Of a DNA stretch of 64,000 bases, positions 43,091 through 51,866 are shown in pieces. The DNA comes from Deltaproteobacteria bacterium (lineage in GTDB: Bacteria > Desulfobacterota > Desulfobacteria > Desulfobacterales > C00003060): assembly GCA_019307135.1 (NCBI GenBank), contig JAFDKF010000002.1, forward strand, positions 13,998 through 77,997. The letters run 5' to 3'. Positions within the stretch are counted from its first letter, which is position 1; the number at the start of each line of letters is the position of its first letter. A program made the translations under genes and the position numbers. Below the pieces are notes generated by a model. It made no database searches, was not told where the DNA came from, and saw only the letters and a list, made by a program, of their open reading frames with translations.

Positions 43091-44257
43091 ATGACAGTTC
43101 CCAAAGTCAAGTACCTCTCCCCATCCCCTCACGGCTATGTCCCGCTCAATGACATTACTTCCCAGACCCCCATGCGTCTGACGCGTTCCGGGGCCGACAC
43201 ACCTCATGGTCCTGCCTTAACTTACGGACTGTATTTTAAGGGCATCACAGATATCATATCGAAAGATGGCTACAAGCTGCTAGTCGATGCCACAGCCAGG
43301 CAACTGGCAGAAGACATCTCTCTGTCCGACATTGAAGAGATCCTGATCCATGCTGAAAAGCATGGGAGCGACTACCACCCGGCCAGGATTGAGGTGATGG
43401 TTGGTGATGTTTGTGCCGCCTTTGTTATGAACGTGGCGGTTACGGCAAGGGGAAAGGATAGGCTGTCTCGCGAGTTTGAAGTCTTGCAGCATCTGAATAC
43501 AAAACATGATTTCCCATTCTTGCTGCGGACTTACTTTCAGGGCGAGGCCTTCTATGGTTCAGGGCGGGGTGGGGACGCCATGCTGATGTTTTTGGCAGAT
43601 TGGTTTCAGGGATACCACGAATTCCACCTTTCACTTGACAATAGAGACGGTTCCCAGAAACTGGTCCTTTGGGATACCGAGAAAAACCCCTGCCACCTTT
43701 CTCGGCCACAGGCATGGCAGATATACAGCCAGGCCGCCAGAATCCTGACCCTGTATTATGACCTTGAGACCTTTGAACAAATCTTTCCCTGGCACCATGC
43801 AGCCGGCGACTTTGTCGTGAAGACACAGGAGAAATCCATAGACGTCAGACTGGTGACTGCAAGACAATATGCTCCTATGCTGGAACGCTCCGAGGGGGTT
43901 TCGGTGCATGAGGGTTTGCTCTTTTTCCTGTTGAACCTGTCCGTAAGGATGCGGCTAGACCGCCTGGATGGTGTGGGCGCTGTTGCGTGGGCAGATGATC
44001 GTTGCGTGGATGCGACCCTAAAGGGGTTTGTGGAGGGAGTCAGGATAAAGCAGGACAAGGGGTTTGTCGATGCAGGTTTTGTGAATGGATTCCTGCAATA
44101 TCTGTGTTCTCTTGGCAAAGAAGATCTATCATACAGATTCCACATCCTTATTGATGCCTGTGACCAGGCTGCCCCGGACATACCTGTGATTAGGAGCCAT
44201 CTCGAAAGGCATATCTCGAACTTCCATTTAGCCCTTCAAGACCTGAGAGATTCGTGA
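43091..44257 (+). CDS. Hypothetical protein, possibly a kinase-like (APH/ChoK-type) fold
   Basis: 388 aa. HAEKHGSDYHPARIEV and PWHHAAGDFVV are loosely reminiscent of HGDxxxxN-type catalytic loops. Weak inference. Confidence 0.5.
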   Translation: MTVPKVKYLSPSPHGYVPLNDITSQTPMRLTRSGADTPHGPALTYGLYFKGITDIISKDGYKLLVDATARQLAEDISLSDIEEILIHAEKHGSDYHPARIEVMVGDVCAAFVMNVAVTARGKDRLSREFEVLQHLNTKHDFPFLLRTYFQGEAFYGSGRGGDAMLMFLADWFQGYHEFHLSLDNRDGSQKLVLWDTEKNPCHLSRPQAWQIYSQAARILTLYYDLETFEQIFPWHHAAGDFVVKTQEKSIDVRLVTARQYAPMLERSEGVSVHEGLLFFLLNLSVRMRLDRLDGVGAVAWADDRCVDATLKGFVEGVRIKQDKGFVDAGFVNGFLQYLCSLGKEDLSYRFHILIDACDQAAPDIPVIRSHLERHISNFHLALQDLRDS

Positions 44258-44310
44258 TTGTTTACCCCAGAGGCACGGGAAAACAACCCTGTAATACAAG
44301 GTTTTTTCTA

Positions 44311-44339
44311 TTGACAAATTGGGCAAATGAGTCTATAGG
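44311..44339 (+). promoter_or_regulatory. Putative promoter of dsrAB
   Basis: TTGACA (44311-44316), 17-nt spacer, TATAGG (44334-44339). Implies a leader of about 190 nt. Confidence 0.55.
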
Positions 44340-44533
44340 ACAGCCTTGTGTAAGTATGTGTTCATCTTGTTTAAGGAATCAGCGTCACTTTTTTTGTTCT
44401 ACCGTTAAATCCAGCAAGAGTATTATCAAGTATTGAGAGGAGGTGAGGTGAGACATTTTCTAACGGCAACTAAGTGCAGAGTTTAATATGACGTAAGATT
44501 ACAGATTCCATAAGAATGGAGGGAGGTAGAATA

Positions 44534-45856
44534 ATGGCGGAATTCAAACACAAAACGCCTCTGATCGATCAACTGGAAACAGGGCCCTGGACGAGCTTTG
44601 TTTCGGACATCAAGCGCGAACATGAGTCCAGGATGGATAACCCAAAAGGGATCGATTTCCAGTTTACCCAGAATTGCTGTGAAGACCTTTTGGGTGTGCT
44701 GGAATTATCGTATGAGCACGGCAGGACCCACTGGAAGCACGGCGGCATTGTCGGCGTGTTCGGATACGGCGGTGGCGTTATCGGCCGGTACTGTGACCAG
44801 CCTGAGATGTTTCCTGGTGTGGCGCACTTTCACACGATGCGTGTGAACCAACCCATGGGGCACTATTACACCACTAAGTACTTGGAGCAACTTATGGACC
44901 TGTGGGAAAGACGCGGCAGCGGCCTCACCAACATGCACGGTGCCACAGGTGACATCATCTTTCTGGGGACTAGCACACCCCAGTTGGAAGAGGTCTTCTA
45001 TGAATTGACCCACAACATAAACCAGGACCTGGGTGGTTCAGGGTCGAATCTGCGCACCCCGTCTGATTGCATGGGTCAGTCCATGTGTGAGTTCGCGTGT
45101 TACGACACCCAGGAGTTCTGTTACCAGATGACCATGGAGTATCAGGACGAGTTGCATCGACCCGCGTTCCCGTATAAATTCAAGTTCAAGTTTGACGGCT
45201 GCCCTAACTGCTGCGTGGCCGCGATTGCCCGATCTGACCTCTCCTTTATCGGCACCTGGCGTGACGACATCCGCATCGACCAGGAGGCGGTCAAGGCTTA
45301 TGTGGGCGGCGAATTAAAGCCGAACGGTGGCGCCCATGCAGGTCGTGACTGGGGCGCATTCGACATCCAGAAAGAGGTGATCGATCTTTGCCCCACCGAG
45401 TGCATGCGATGGGATGGCAGCAAGCTAGAGATTAACACCCCCGAGTGCACCAGGTGCATGCACTGCATCAATGTCATGCCCAGGGCGCTTCGAGTAGGCC
45501 TTGATACGGGTTGTTCTGTCCTGGCCGGCGCCAAGGCCCCGATCCTGGATGGCGCCCAGATGGGTACACTGATTGTGCCCTTTATCAAGGTAGAACCGCC
45601 CTATGATGAGGTCAAGGAAACAGTAGTCGAGCCCATCTGGGATTGGTGGATGGAAGAGGGCAAGAACCGCGAGCGCCTTGGCGAGCTGATCAAGCGGCAG
45701 GGCATGCAGAAGCTACTCGATGTGACAGGGTTCAAGGCGATTCCCCAGATGATTCAGGAGCCTCGATCCAATCCGTACGTTTTCTGGAAGGAAGATGAGG
45801 TGCCTGGCGGGTGGAAACGCGACATCAACGAATTCAGAAAATATCATCAAAGATAG
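44534..45856 (+). CDS. dsrA: Dissimilatory sulfite reductase alpha subunit
   Basis: MAEFKHKTPLIDQLETGPWTSFVSDIKRE N-terminus, siroheme/Fe-S Cys clusters, ferredoxin-like insert (CPTECMRW...CTRCMHCINVMP). GGAGG upstream of the ATG at 44534. Confidence 0.92.
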   Translation: MAEFKHKTPLIDQLETGPWTSFVSDIKREHESRMDNPKGIDFQFTQNCCEDLLGVLELSYEHGRTHWKHGGIVGVFGYGGGVIGRYCDQPEMFPGVAHFHTMRVNQPMGHYYTTKYLEQLMDLWERRGSGLTNMHGATGDIIFLGTSTPQLEEVFYELTHNINQDLGGSGSNLRTPSDCMGQSMCEFACYDTQEFCYQMTMEYQDELHRPAFPYKFKFKFDGCPNCCVAAIARSDLSFIGTWRDDIRIDQEAVKAYVGGELKPNGGAHAGRDWGAFDIQKEVIDLCPTECMRWDGSKLEINTPECTRCMHCINVMPRALRVGLDTGCSVLAGAKAPILDGAQMGTLIVPFIKVEPPYDEVKETVVEPIWDWWMEEGKNRERLGELIKRQGMQKLLDVTGFKAIPQMIQEPRSNPYVFWKEDEVPGGWKRDINEFRKYHQR

Positions 45857-45869
45857 GGGGTGAGCAATT

Positions 45870-47018
45870 ATGGCGTTTATATCTTCAGGATACAATCCAG
45901 ATAAACCGATGCAGGACAGAATTACGGATATTGGACCAAGATACTATGAAGAGTTCTATCCACCGGTCATCAAGAAAAACAAAGCCAAGTGGCTGTATCA
46001 CGAAATCATCGAACCGGGCATTGTGGTTCATGTTGCTGAAAGCGGAGACGAACTCTATACGATCCGATGTGGCGGTTGCCGCCTGATGAGTGTGTCGCAC
46101 ATCCGCGAGATAATGGAGATTGCGGACAAGCACTGTGACGGCTATGTCCGGTGGACTACCAGAAACAACGTAGAGTTCATGACGGACAGCAAGGATAAGG
46201 CCATGACCTTGAAAGACGACCTGCTGGGCCGGAAGCAACCGGGCGGATGCTACAAGTTTCCCATAGGGGGAACAGGTGCTTCGATTACCAATATCGTACA
46301 CACCCAGGGCTGGATTCATTGCCACACGCCGGCAACCGATGCCTCTGGTACGGTCAAGTCCACCATGGACGTGCTGTTCGACCAATGGGAAAGCATGAAG
46401 CTTCCTGCCAAGCTCAGGGTTTCCATGGCCTGCTGCCTGAACATGTGCGGCGCGGTCCATTGCTCGGACATTGCCATCCTCGGATACCACCGCAAACCGC
46501 CCATGGTTGACACTGAATACATTGACAAACTGTGCGAGATTCCCCTTGCCATTGCGGCGTGTCCCACAGCAGCCATCAAGCCTGCCAAGGCGGAAGTCGG
46601 GGGCAAAAAGGTGAACAGTGTGTCTGTGAACGAGGCGCGGTGCATGTTTTGCGGCAACTGCTATACCATGTGTCCGTCCATGCCCCTGGCCGATACGGAA
46701 GGTGACGGTATCGTGCTCATGGCGGGCGGTAAGATATCAAACAGGATAGACGCACCTAAGTTTTCCAAGGTCGTCGTGGCCTTTATTCCGAACGAACCGC
46801 CTCGTTGGCCGACCATGACCGCAACAATTAAGAGGATGGTTGACGCCTATTCAGCGGATGCAAGAAAATACGAGCGGCTGGGCCAATGGGCCGAAAGGAT
46901 CGGCTGGGAAAAGTTCTTTGAGAAGTGCGAGCTTGAGTTTACCCACCATCTCATTGACGATTTCCGTGACCCGGCCTACTACACCTGGCGTCAAACCACC
47001 AATTTTAAGTTTACCTAA
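45870..47018 (+). CDS. dsrB: Dissimilatory sulfite reductase beta subunit
   Basis: [59 protein letters not shown]. Follows dsrA directly. Confidence 0.92.
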   Translation: MAFISSGYNPDKPMQDRITDIGPRYYEEFYPPVIKKNKAKWLYHEIIEPGIVVHVAESGDELYTIRCGGCRLMSVSHIREIMEIADKHCDGYVRWTTRNNVEFMTDSKDKAMTLKDDLLGRKQPGGCYKFPIGGTGASITNIVHTQGWIHCHTPATDASGTVKSTMDVLFDQWESMKLPAKLRVSMACCLNMCGAVHCSDIAILGYHRKPPMVDTEYIDKLCEIPLAIAACPTAAIKPAKAEVGGKKVNSVSVNEARCMFCGNCYTMCPSMPLADTEGDGIVLMAGGKISNRIDAPKFSKVVVAFIPNEPPRWPTMTATIKRMVDAYSADARKYERLGQWAERIGWEKFFEKCELEFTHHLIDDFRDPAYYTWRQTTNFKFT

Positions 47019-47196
47019 ACCGAAAAGAGGTAACAGCTCCCCTTGCCCTAACCACCGGGCTTGACAATGCTAAATTTAATGGTAATATTTGATTAATTGT
47101 TCAAGTTCATTCTTTCCCTCTCCCCGTGGGGGGGAGAGGGAAGGGGTGAGGGGGTAAAAAGCCAAGATACTCAACACATTCGAAAAGAGGCAAGAA

Positions 47197-47439
47197 ATGG
47201 ACGAAGAAGCAGCCAAAAAACTCATTGTAGAAACACTGACGAAAAAGAAGGGTAAGTCCAAGTTCTACCTTAAGGACTTTTACAAGATGTTGCCCGATGA
47301 GAAGGCCAGAGCGGTAAAGAACCTGGTTAACAAGATGGTCGGGGACGGAACCCTTGAGTACTGGTCCAGCGGGAGCACTACCCTGATCGGTCTTAAGGGT
47401 GCCGGCAAACAGGCTGGGGCAGAAGAAGAAGAAGATTAG
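47197..47439 (+). CDS. dsrD: DsrD
   Basis: 80 aa. KSKFYLKDFYKMLPDEKARAVKNLVNKMVGDGTLEYWSSGSTT. Confidence 0.85.
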   Translation: MDEEAAKKLIVETLTKKKGKSKFYLKDFYKMLPDEKARAVKNLVNKMVGDGTLEYWSSGSTTLIGLKGAGKQAGAEEEED

Positions 47440-47512
47440 CCTCGTCATTGAAGTGGCTTGTCCCATATTCAAAGAAACCGTGGTTCTTTCCCAGTAACAA
47501 GAAACCAAATAC

Positions 47513-48982
47513 ATGGCTCTTCCCCGAATTCTGATTGCTGCTCTGCGCGGGGGTTCGGGGAAGACGATTGTCTCTCTTGGGTTGATCGCATCCTGGCGCA
47601 AGCGCGGGATGGCCATTACCCCATTCAAGAAGGGACCGGATTTTATTGATGCGGGCTGGCTGGCCCTTGCGGCGGGCCAGCCTTGTTATAATCTGGACAC
47701 CTTCTTGATGCCTGCCGACCAGATTCACCTTTCCTTTTCACATCGCACGCTGGCCAGCGATATTGCAGTTATCGAAGGAAACCGGGGGCTTTACGACGGC
47801 ATAGACCTTGAAGGGTCCACCAGCACATCGGAACTCGCCAAGCTCCTTAAAGTTCCCGTCATCCTGCTCATAGATTGTACCAAAAGCACCCGCACGGTGG
47901 CTGCCATGGTCTCGGGGTGTCTACAGTTTGACCCTGAGGTGAACATTGCCGGCGTTATCCTGAACCGGGTGGCAGGCGCCCGCCACGAGTCGATCCTCCG
48001 AAAAAGTGTTGGGCATTACTGCGCCCTTCCTGTCCTGGGGGCCATACCAAAGATCAAAGCAGAAGCCTTTCCGGAAAGACACATGGGGCTGGTCCCCACG
48101 CCCGAGCATACCTGGGCCGACGAGTCGATCGAAAAAGCGGCTGAGATGGCAGAGCATTATCTCGATCTTGACAGGCTTCTATCTATTGCCAGGCAGGCGC
48201 CACCTCTGATACCCACATACAAAATCCCCCCTAACCCCCCTAAATCCCCCCTTGCTCCCCCCTTTGAAAAAGGGGGGCGGGGGGGATTTAGGGGAATTTC
48301 TGGGGAACCACCACCTCGCATTGGAGTCGTCAGGGATGCTGCTTTCCAGTTTTACTATCCCGAAAACCTGGAAGCCCTTGAAGCTGCCGGGGCCGAGGTA
48401 GTCGCGCTGAGCGCCCTGGCAGACCCAGGGCTTCCGAGTCTGGACGGGCTCTACATTGGAGGCGGCTTTCCGGAAACCCATGCACAGGCCCTGGCAGAAA
48501 ACAAGGGGTTTCGGCACGATGTACGCCGGTTGGCCGAGAAGGGACTCCCCATATATGCCGAATGCGGCGGGCTTATGTATTTAGGCGAGAGCCTGGTCCT
48601 GGACGGCGTGACCTATCCCATGGCGGGGGTCTTTCCGGTTGTCTTCGGGGTTTCCAAGAGGCCGGAGGGACACGGGTATACAGTCTTTGAGGTGGAAAAG
48701 CCCAACCCTTATTTCAGACCTGGCACGCAGGTTAGGGGCCATGAATTTCATTACTCAAATGTGTTGAGTTGGGGAGGGAAAGCAGAAGACCTGGCGTTTC
48801 GGATGACACGGGGGATTGGGTTCGCAGACAAACGCGATGGCCTTTGCTACAAGAATACCCTGGCCACGTATACCCATGTCCATGCCCTTGGAACGCCCTC
48901 CTGGGCCGAGGCGATGGTTGAGGCATGTGCTTTGTATCAAGGACTGTTGTCGTTCTCTCGCCCACTCCCTTCGGTCGTTTGA
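47513..48982 (+). CDS. dsrN: Cobyrinate a,c-diamide synthase homologue in the dsr context (DsrN, putative siroheme amidase)
   Basis: RILIAALRGGSGKTIVSLGL, C-terminal GATase (YAECGGLMYL, GHEFHYS). Position after dsrABD. Contains an in-frame repeat-derived insert, and its tail is encoded by another repeat. Confidence 0.75.
   Translation: MALPRILIAALRGGSGKTIVSLGLIASWRKRGMAITPFKKGPDFIDAGWLALAAGQPCYNLDTFLMPADQIHLSFSHRTLASDIAVIEGNRGLYDGIDLEGSTSTSELAKLLKVPVILLIDCTKSTRTVAAMVSGCLQFDPEVNIAGVILNRVAGARHESILRKSVGHYCALPVLGAIPKIKAEAFPERHMGLVPTPEHTWADESIEKAAEMAEHYLDLDRLLSIARQAPPLIPTYKIPPNPPKSPLAPPFEKGGRGGFRGISGEPPPRIGVVRDAAFQFYYPENLEALEAAGAEVVALSALADPGLPSLDGLYIGGGFPETHAQALAENKGFRHDVRRLAEKGLPIYAECGGLMYLGESLVLDGVTYPMAGVFPVVFGVSKRPEGHGYTVFEVEKPNPYFRPGTQVRGHEFHYSNVLSWGGKAEDLAFRMTRGIGFADKRDGLCYKNTLATYTHVHALGTPSWAEAMVEACALYQGLLSFSRPLPSVV
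48221..48306. repeat. Family D palindromic C/G-run element embedded in frame in dsrN
   Basis: CCTAAATCCCCCC...CCCCCCTTTGAAAAAGGGGGG...GGGGGGATTTAGG, translated as KIPPNPPKSPLAPPFEKGGRGGFRGISGE. Related to 28322-28405. Confidence 0.6.
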
Positions 48983-49261
48983 GTCCACAGAGATCTCAGA
49001 GATGAATAGTTTGTTTGATTTTTTGAGAGGAAAAATCAAACAAAAGCCTCAGCCACTGCCGTGGCAAGCGAAACGTGGTGCATGGCGACATTGATGATCG
49101 ACATAAACACTTGGGTCAGTGAGCATTTTCCCGCGATAGCGGGATGGCCGTTTGAGTTGAATCCTCCTCTCAAGGATTCAACTCAAAAACTCTGAGCCTC
49201 TGCGAGCTCTGTGAGAGAGAAAAAAAGCTCCTGTGGTCAGTTGCAAAATAGCCAACACCCC

Positions 49262-49303
49262 CAAAAAAATAGGGCAAGCCCTCTCCGGACTTACCCTATT
49301 TTT
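49262..49303 (-). terminator. Intrinsic (bidirectional-looking) terminator after the cytochrome gene
   Basis: AAAAAAATAGGGCAAGccctctccggaCTTACCCTATTTTTT. Stem flanked by an A-run and a T-run. Confidence 0.6.
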
Positions 49304-49322
49304 TCATTTTTGTCTCTATCCG

Positions 49323-49784
49323 TTACTTTTTCTTCTTAGGATGGCACTGGGCGCATTTTGTAGGGGCAGCCTTGCCCTCCTTTTTGGCAGCCTTATGGCA
49401 CCCCACACAGTTCTCGTGAACGGCCGAATAGTGGTAGCCCTGCGAGGCCTTTTCCTTTCGGCTTAGCTTTTTTTCGCCTTCCTTTGCCTTTGGGGCCTTG
49501 GCCTTGCTGTGACATCCTTCTGCATCACATTTTTCGACCTCATCGCCTTCTTTCCACACGTTCTTGCCATCCTTGTATACATGGTGGCACTCAGTGCACG
49601 AAATCTTGTAATCCACGTTATGCTTCTTGTGGCTCAACGTGACTAAGGCCTTTTTGTGCTTTTTGTATACCTTTGACTCCATGGTGACGTTATCAGGCGC
49701 CTGCTGAGCCGCATAAACGACTGCAAAGAGAAACACCACACTCAAGGCAGCAACCCCCAACACCAGCAACGATTTTTTCTTCAT
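49323..49784 (-). CDS. Periplasmic tetraheme cytochrome c3-type protein
   Basis: Signal peptide MKKKSLLVLGVAALSVVFLFAVVYA. Heme sites CTECH, CDAEGCH (CxxxxCH), CVGCH, CAQCH. Confidence 0.8.
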   Translation of the reverse strand: MKKKSLLVLGVAALSVVFLFAVVYAAQQAPDNVTMESKVYKKHKKALVTLSHKKHNVDYKISCTECHHVYKDGKNVWKEGDEVEKCDAEGCHSKAKAPKAKEGEKKLSRKEKASQGYHYSAVHENCVGCHKAAKKEGKAAPTKCAQCHPKKKK

Positions 49785-49902
49785 AAGCCGCTTTCACCCC
49801 CTTTCTCTAAAAAAGTTATGAATAAGACCAGTGATATTTGTACACAAAAAATATGACATTCCGCGTACCAAAATTTCGAGTCGGTGTCAAGGAGAAAACC
49901 CT

Positions 49903-50664
49903 CTATCCAGCGGTTTCTTGCGTTTCCGCCGCATCTGCCTTTTCCTCCTTTTTCCCAAACACCCTGGCACCCAGAATGCCCACCTCATAAAGCAGGATCA
50001 AGGGTCCTGCCATCAGGATCTGTGTGATGACATCCGGCGGGGTCAGGATGGACGCAAAGACAAAGAAAAGCAGGATGGCATATTTGCGCTTGGCCTTGAG
50101 GAACTTGACGTTCACAATGCCAAGCTTTGCCAGAAAGGTCACAAAAAGCGGCATCTCAAAGACGATGCCAAAGGCAAAGAGGAGCTTAGAAGAAAAGCCC
50201 AAGTATTCCTTCATTGCCGGGAGGGGCTTGACATAGTCTGATGCAAACCCCATGAAAAACTTGAACCCAAAAGGAAAGACAATAAAGTAGCCAAAAAGGG
50301 CGCCGCCTAAAAAAAACAGCGAGGAGAGGAACACGATGGGCAAAACCAAACGCTTCTCCTTGTCGTAGAGCCCGGGTGCAATAAACATCCACAACTGGTA
50401 CACGATGACGGGCACAGATAGAAGGACCCCTGCAAGGAAGGCGACTTTCAGGTAGGTGAAAAATGCCTCCGGCAGCCCCGTGTAAATGAGCTTTTCTTCC
50501 GCGGGCATTGCGGCGAGCAAGGGCTGCATGAGGATCTCAAAGAGTCTTTTTGAAAAGATGTAACTGATGACAAAGCCGATACCGACTGCACAAAAGCAGA
50601 TGATCAGTCGCCTGCGGAGTTCCTCAAGGTGGACGGTCAGGGGGAGCTTCTCATCCTCAGGCAT
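49903..50664 (-). CDS. tatC: Twin-arginine translocase subunit TatC
   Basis: MPEDEKLPLTVHLEELRRRLI start region and six TM segments. Start moved to the ATG at 50664, overlapping the tatA stop by 8 nt. Confidence 0.85.
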   Translation of the reverse strand: MPEDEKLPLTVHLEELRRRLIICFCAVGIGFVISYIFSKRLFEILMQPLLAAMPAEEKLIYTGLPEAFFTYLKVAFLAGVLLSVPVIVYQLWMFIAPGLYDKEKRLVLPIVFLSSLFFLGGALFGYFIVFPFGFKFFMGFASDYVKPLPAMKEYLGFSSKLLFAFGIVFEMPLFVTFLAKLGIVNVKFLKAKRKYAILLFFVFASILTPPDVITQILMAGPLILLYEVGILGARVFGKKEEKADAAETQETAG

Positions 50665-51043
50665 CTTTGACAGGCTCCTTCGACCCGGTTTCTTGCCGGG
50701 GCCTGTCTTCGACAGAGTCTTCCGAAGCTCCGGTCGCATCCTCTTCAAAAGTATGATCAAGCTCGTCTTCCGGCACAGTATCGGTCTCCTGAGGGCCGGT
50801 GCTTTCGGTCATGGATTCCCGTACTGTCTCCTCAAGGTCCTCCTTGATCTCCCTCACGGTGTCACGGGCCTCCTTCAGCTCGTTGTCCACATGAAGGTTT
50901 TCCTTGAACTCCTGCGTGGCTTTCTTGAACTCGGAAATACCCCGCCCCAGGGACTTGGCGATTTCGGGAAGCTTCTTGGGGCCAAGCACGATCAAGGCGA
51001 TAGCCAGAATCAAGATAATTTCCGGCATCCCCATACCAAACAT
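50657..51043 (-). CDS. tatA: TatA/TatE-family (TatB-length) translocase subunit
   Basis: MFGMGMPEIILILAIALIVLGPKKLPEIAKSLGRGISEFKKA, then an acidic tail. Start moved to 51043. Confidence 0.8.
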   Translation of the reverse strand: MFGMGMPEIILILAIALIVLGPKKLPEIAKSLGRGISEFKKATQEFKENLHVDNELKEARDTVREIKEDLEETVRESMTESTGPQETDTVPEDELDHTFEEDATGASEDSVEDRPRQETGSKEPVKDA

Positions 51044-51216
51044 AGACGACTCCTTCACGTTTTTAATTTTTAAGACCATAGCGATATCTTCGTTCACTGT
51101 CAAGCGTATCGGAATTGCCAGACAATAATTGTAGACGTTCAGAGGTTCAGGGTTCACCGTTCAGATTTTCGGTTAACCCTGAACCTCTGAACCCGTGAAC
51201 GGTACCAATAATTCGG

Positions 51217-51245
51217 TTGACAACAAACCGCCCCCCTTTTATATT
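51217..51245 (+). promoter_or_regulatory. Promoter of tRNA-Leu
   Basis: TTGACA (51217-51222), 17-nt spacer, TATATT (51240-51245). The predicted start site lies just before the leader hairpin at 51251-51277. Confidence 0.6.
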
Positions 51246-51281
51246 TGGAGCCACAAAATCGCGGAGCGATTTTGTGGCCTG

Positions 51282-51369
51282 GCCGGAGTGGTGAAACTGG
51301 TAGACGCAGAGGACTCAAAATCCTCCGGGCCTTGCGCCCGTGTCGGTTCGATTCCGACCTCCGGCACCA
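51282..51369 (+). tRNA. tRNA-Leu (anticodon CAA) with encoded CCA
   Basis: Acceptor stem GCCGGAG/CTCCGGC, anticodon loop CT-CAA-AA, long variable arm (CGGGCCTTGCGCCCG), T-arm GGTTCGATTCC, discriminator A plus CCA. Confidence 0.9.
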
Positions 51370-51560
51370 ACTTGACCCACACGACTTTCTAATATACCCC
51401 AAGTGGCTTCGGTTGAACAACGCTTTGTCGGTCTGCGAGATCATCCAAGGCAAGGGCGACCTTGCACTTTTCCCCAGTTTCTGAAAAATCTCGCCCAATA
51501 AAATCAAATACTTGCATGCCAGAGTAAAATGTGCTATTTGGTTTTTTTGTGGGTCTTTTC

Positions 51561-51848
51561 CTAGGAGGCTGTCCGAGAATACGTGTTCATGTCATTTCGA
51601 CCGTGTTCATGTCATTTCGACCGAAGGGAGAAATCTAAAGCTTATGTATTTTCAATAGAATAAGATTTCTCCCTGGCCCAGACCTGGCCCCATAAGGCTA
51701 GCGGGCTCATTGTAACACGTGTCGCGCCCCTAGCCCAGACCGGGATGACACGAACGACACGTCTGTCCAAGGCTGTCGCGCCAGGGCGGGCAGGGCGGGC
51801 GCTACGCTCGAAATGACAACTCTGGTCAGTTCTCGGACAGCCTCCTAG
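51561..51848. mobile_element. MITE-like element family F (288 bp)
   Basis: 19-bp perfect inverted termini CTAGGAGGCTGTCCGAGAA / TTCTCGGACAGCCTCCTAG. Internal 20-bp tandem duplication GTGTTCATGTCATTTCGACC x2 (51583-51622). The interior shares the CGCGCCAGGGCGGGC / CTCGAAATGACA box with 34090-34160. Confidence 0.6.
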
Positions 51849-51866
51849 TCTGAATGGTGGCTGAAA

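Noticed and set aside
45885-46490. 201-aa minus-strand ORF, and similar ones at 46316-46657 and 47107-47628
   Set aside because: They are antisense shadows within dsrB, dsrD and dsrN, whose identities are unambiguous.
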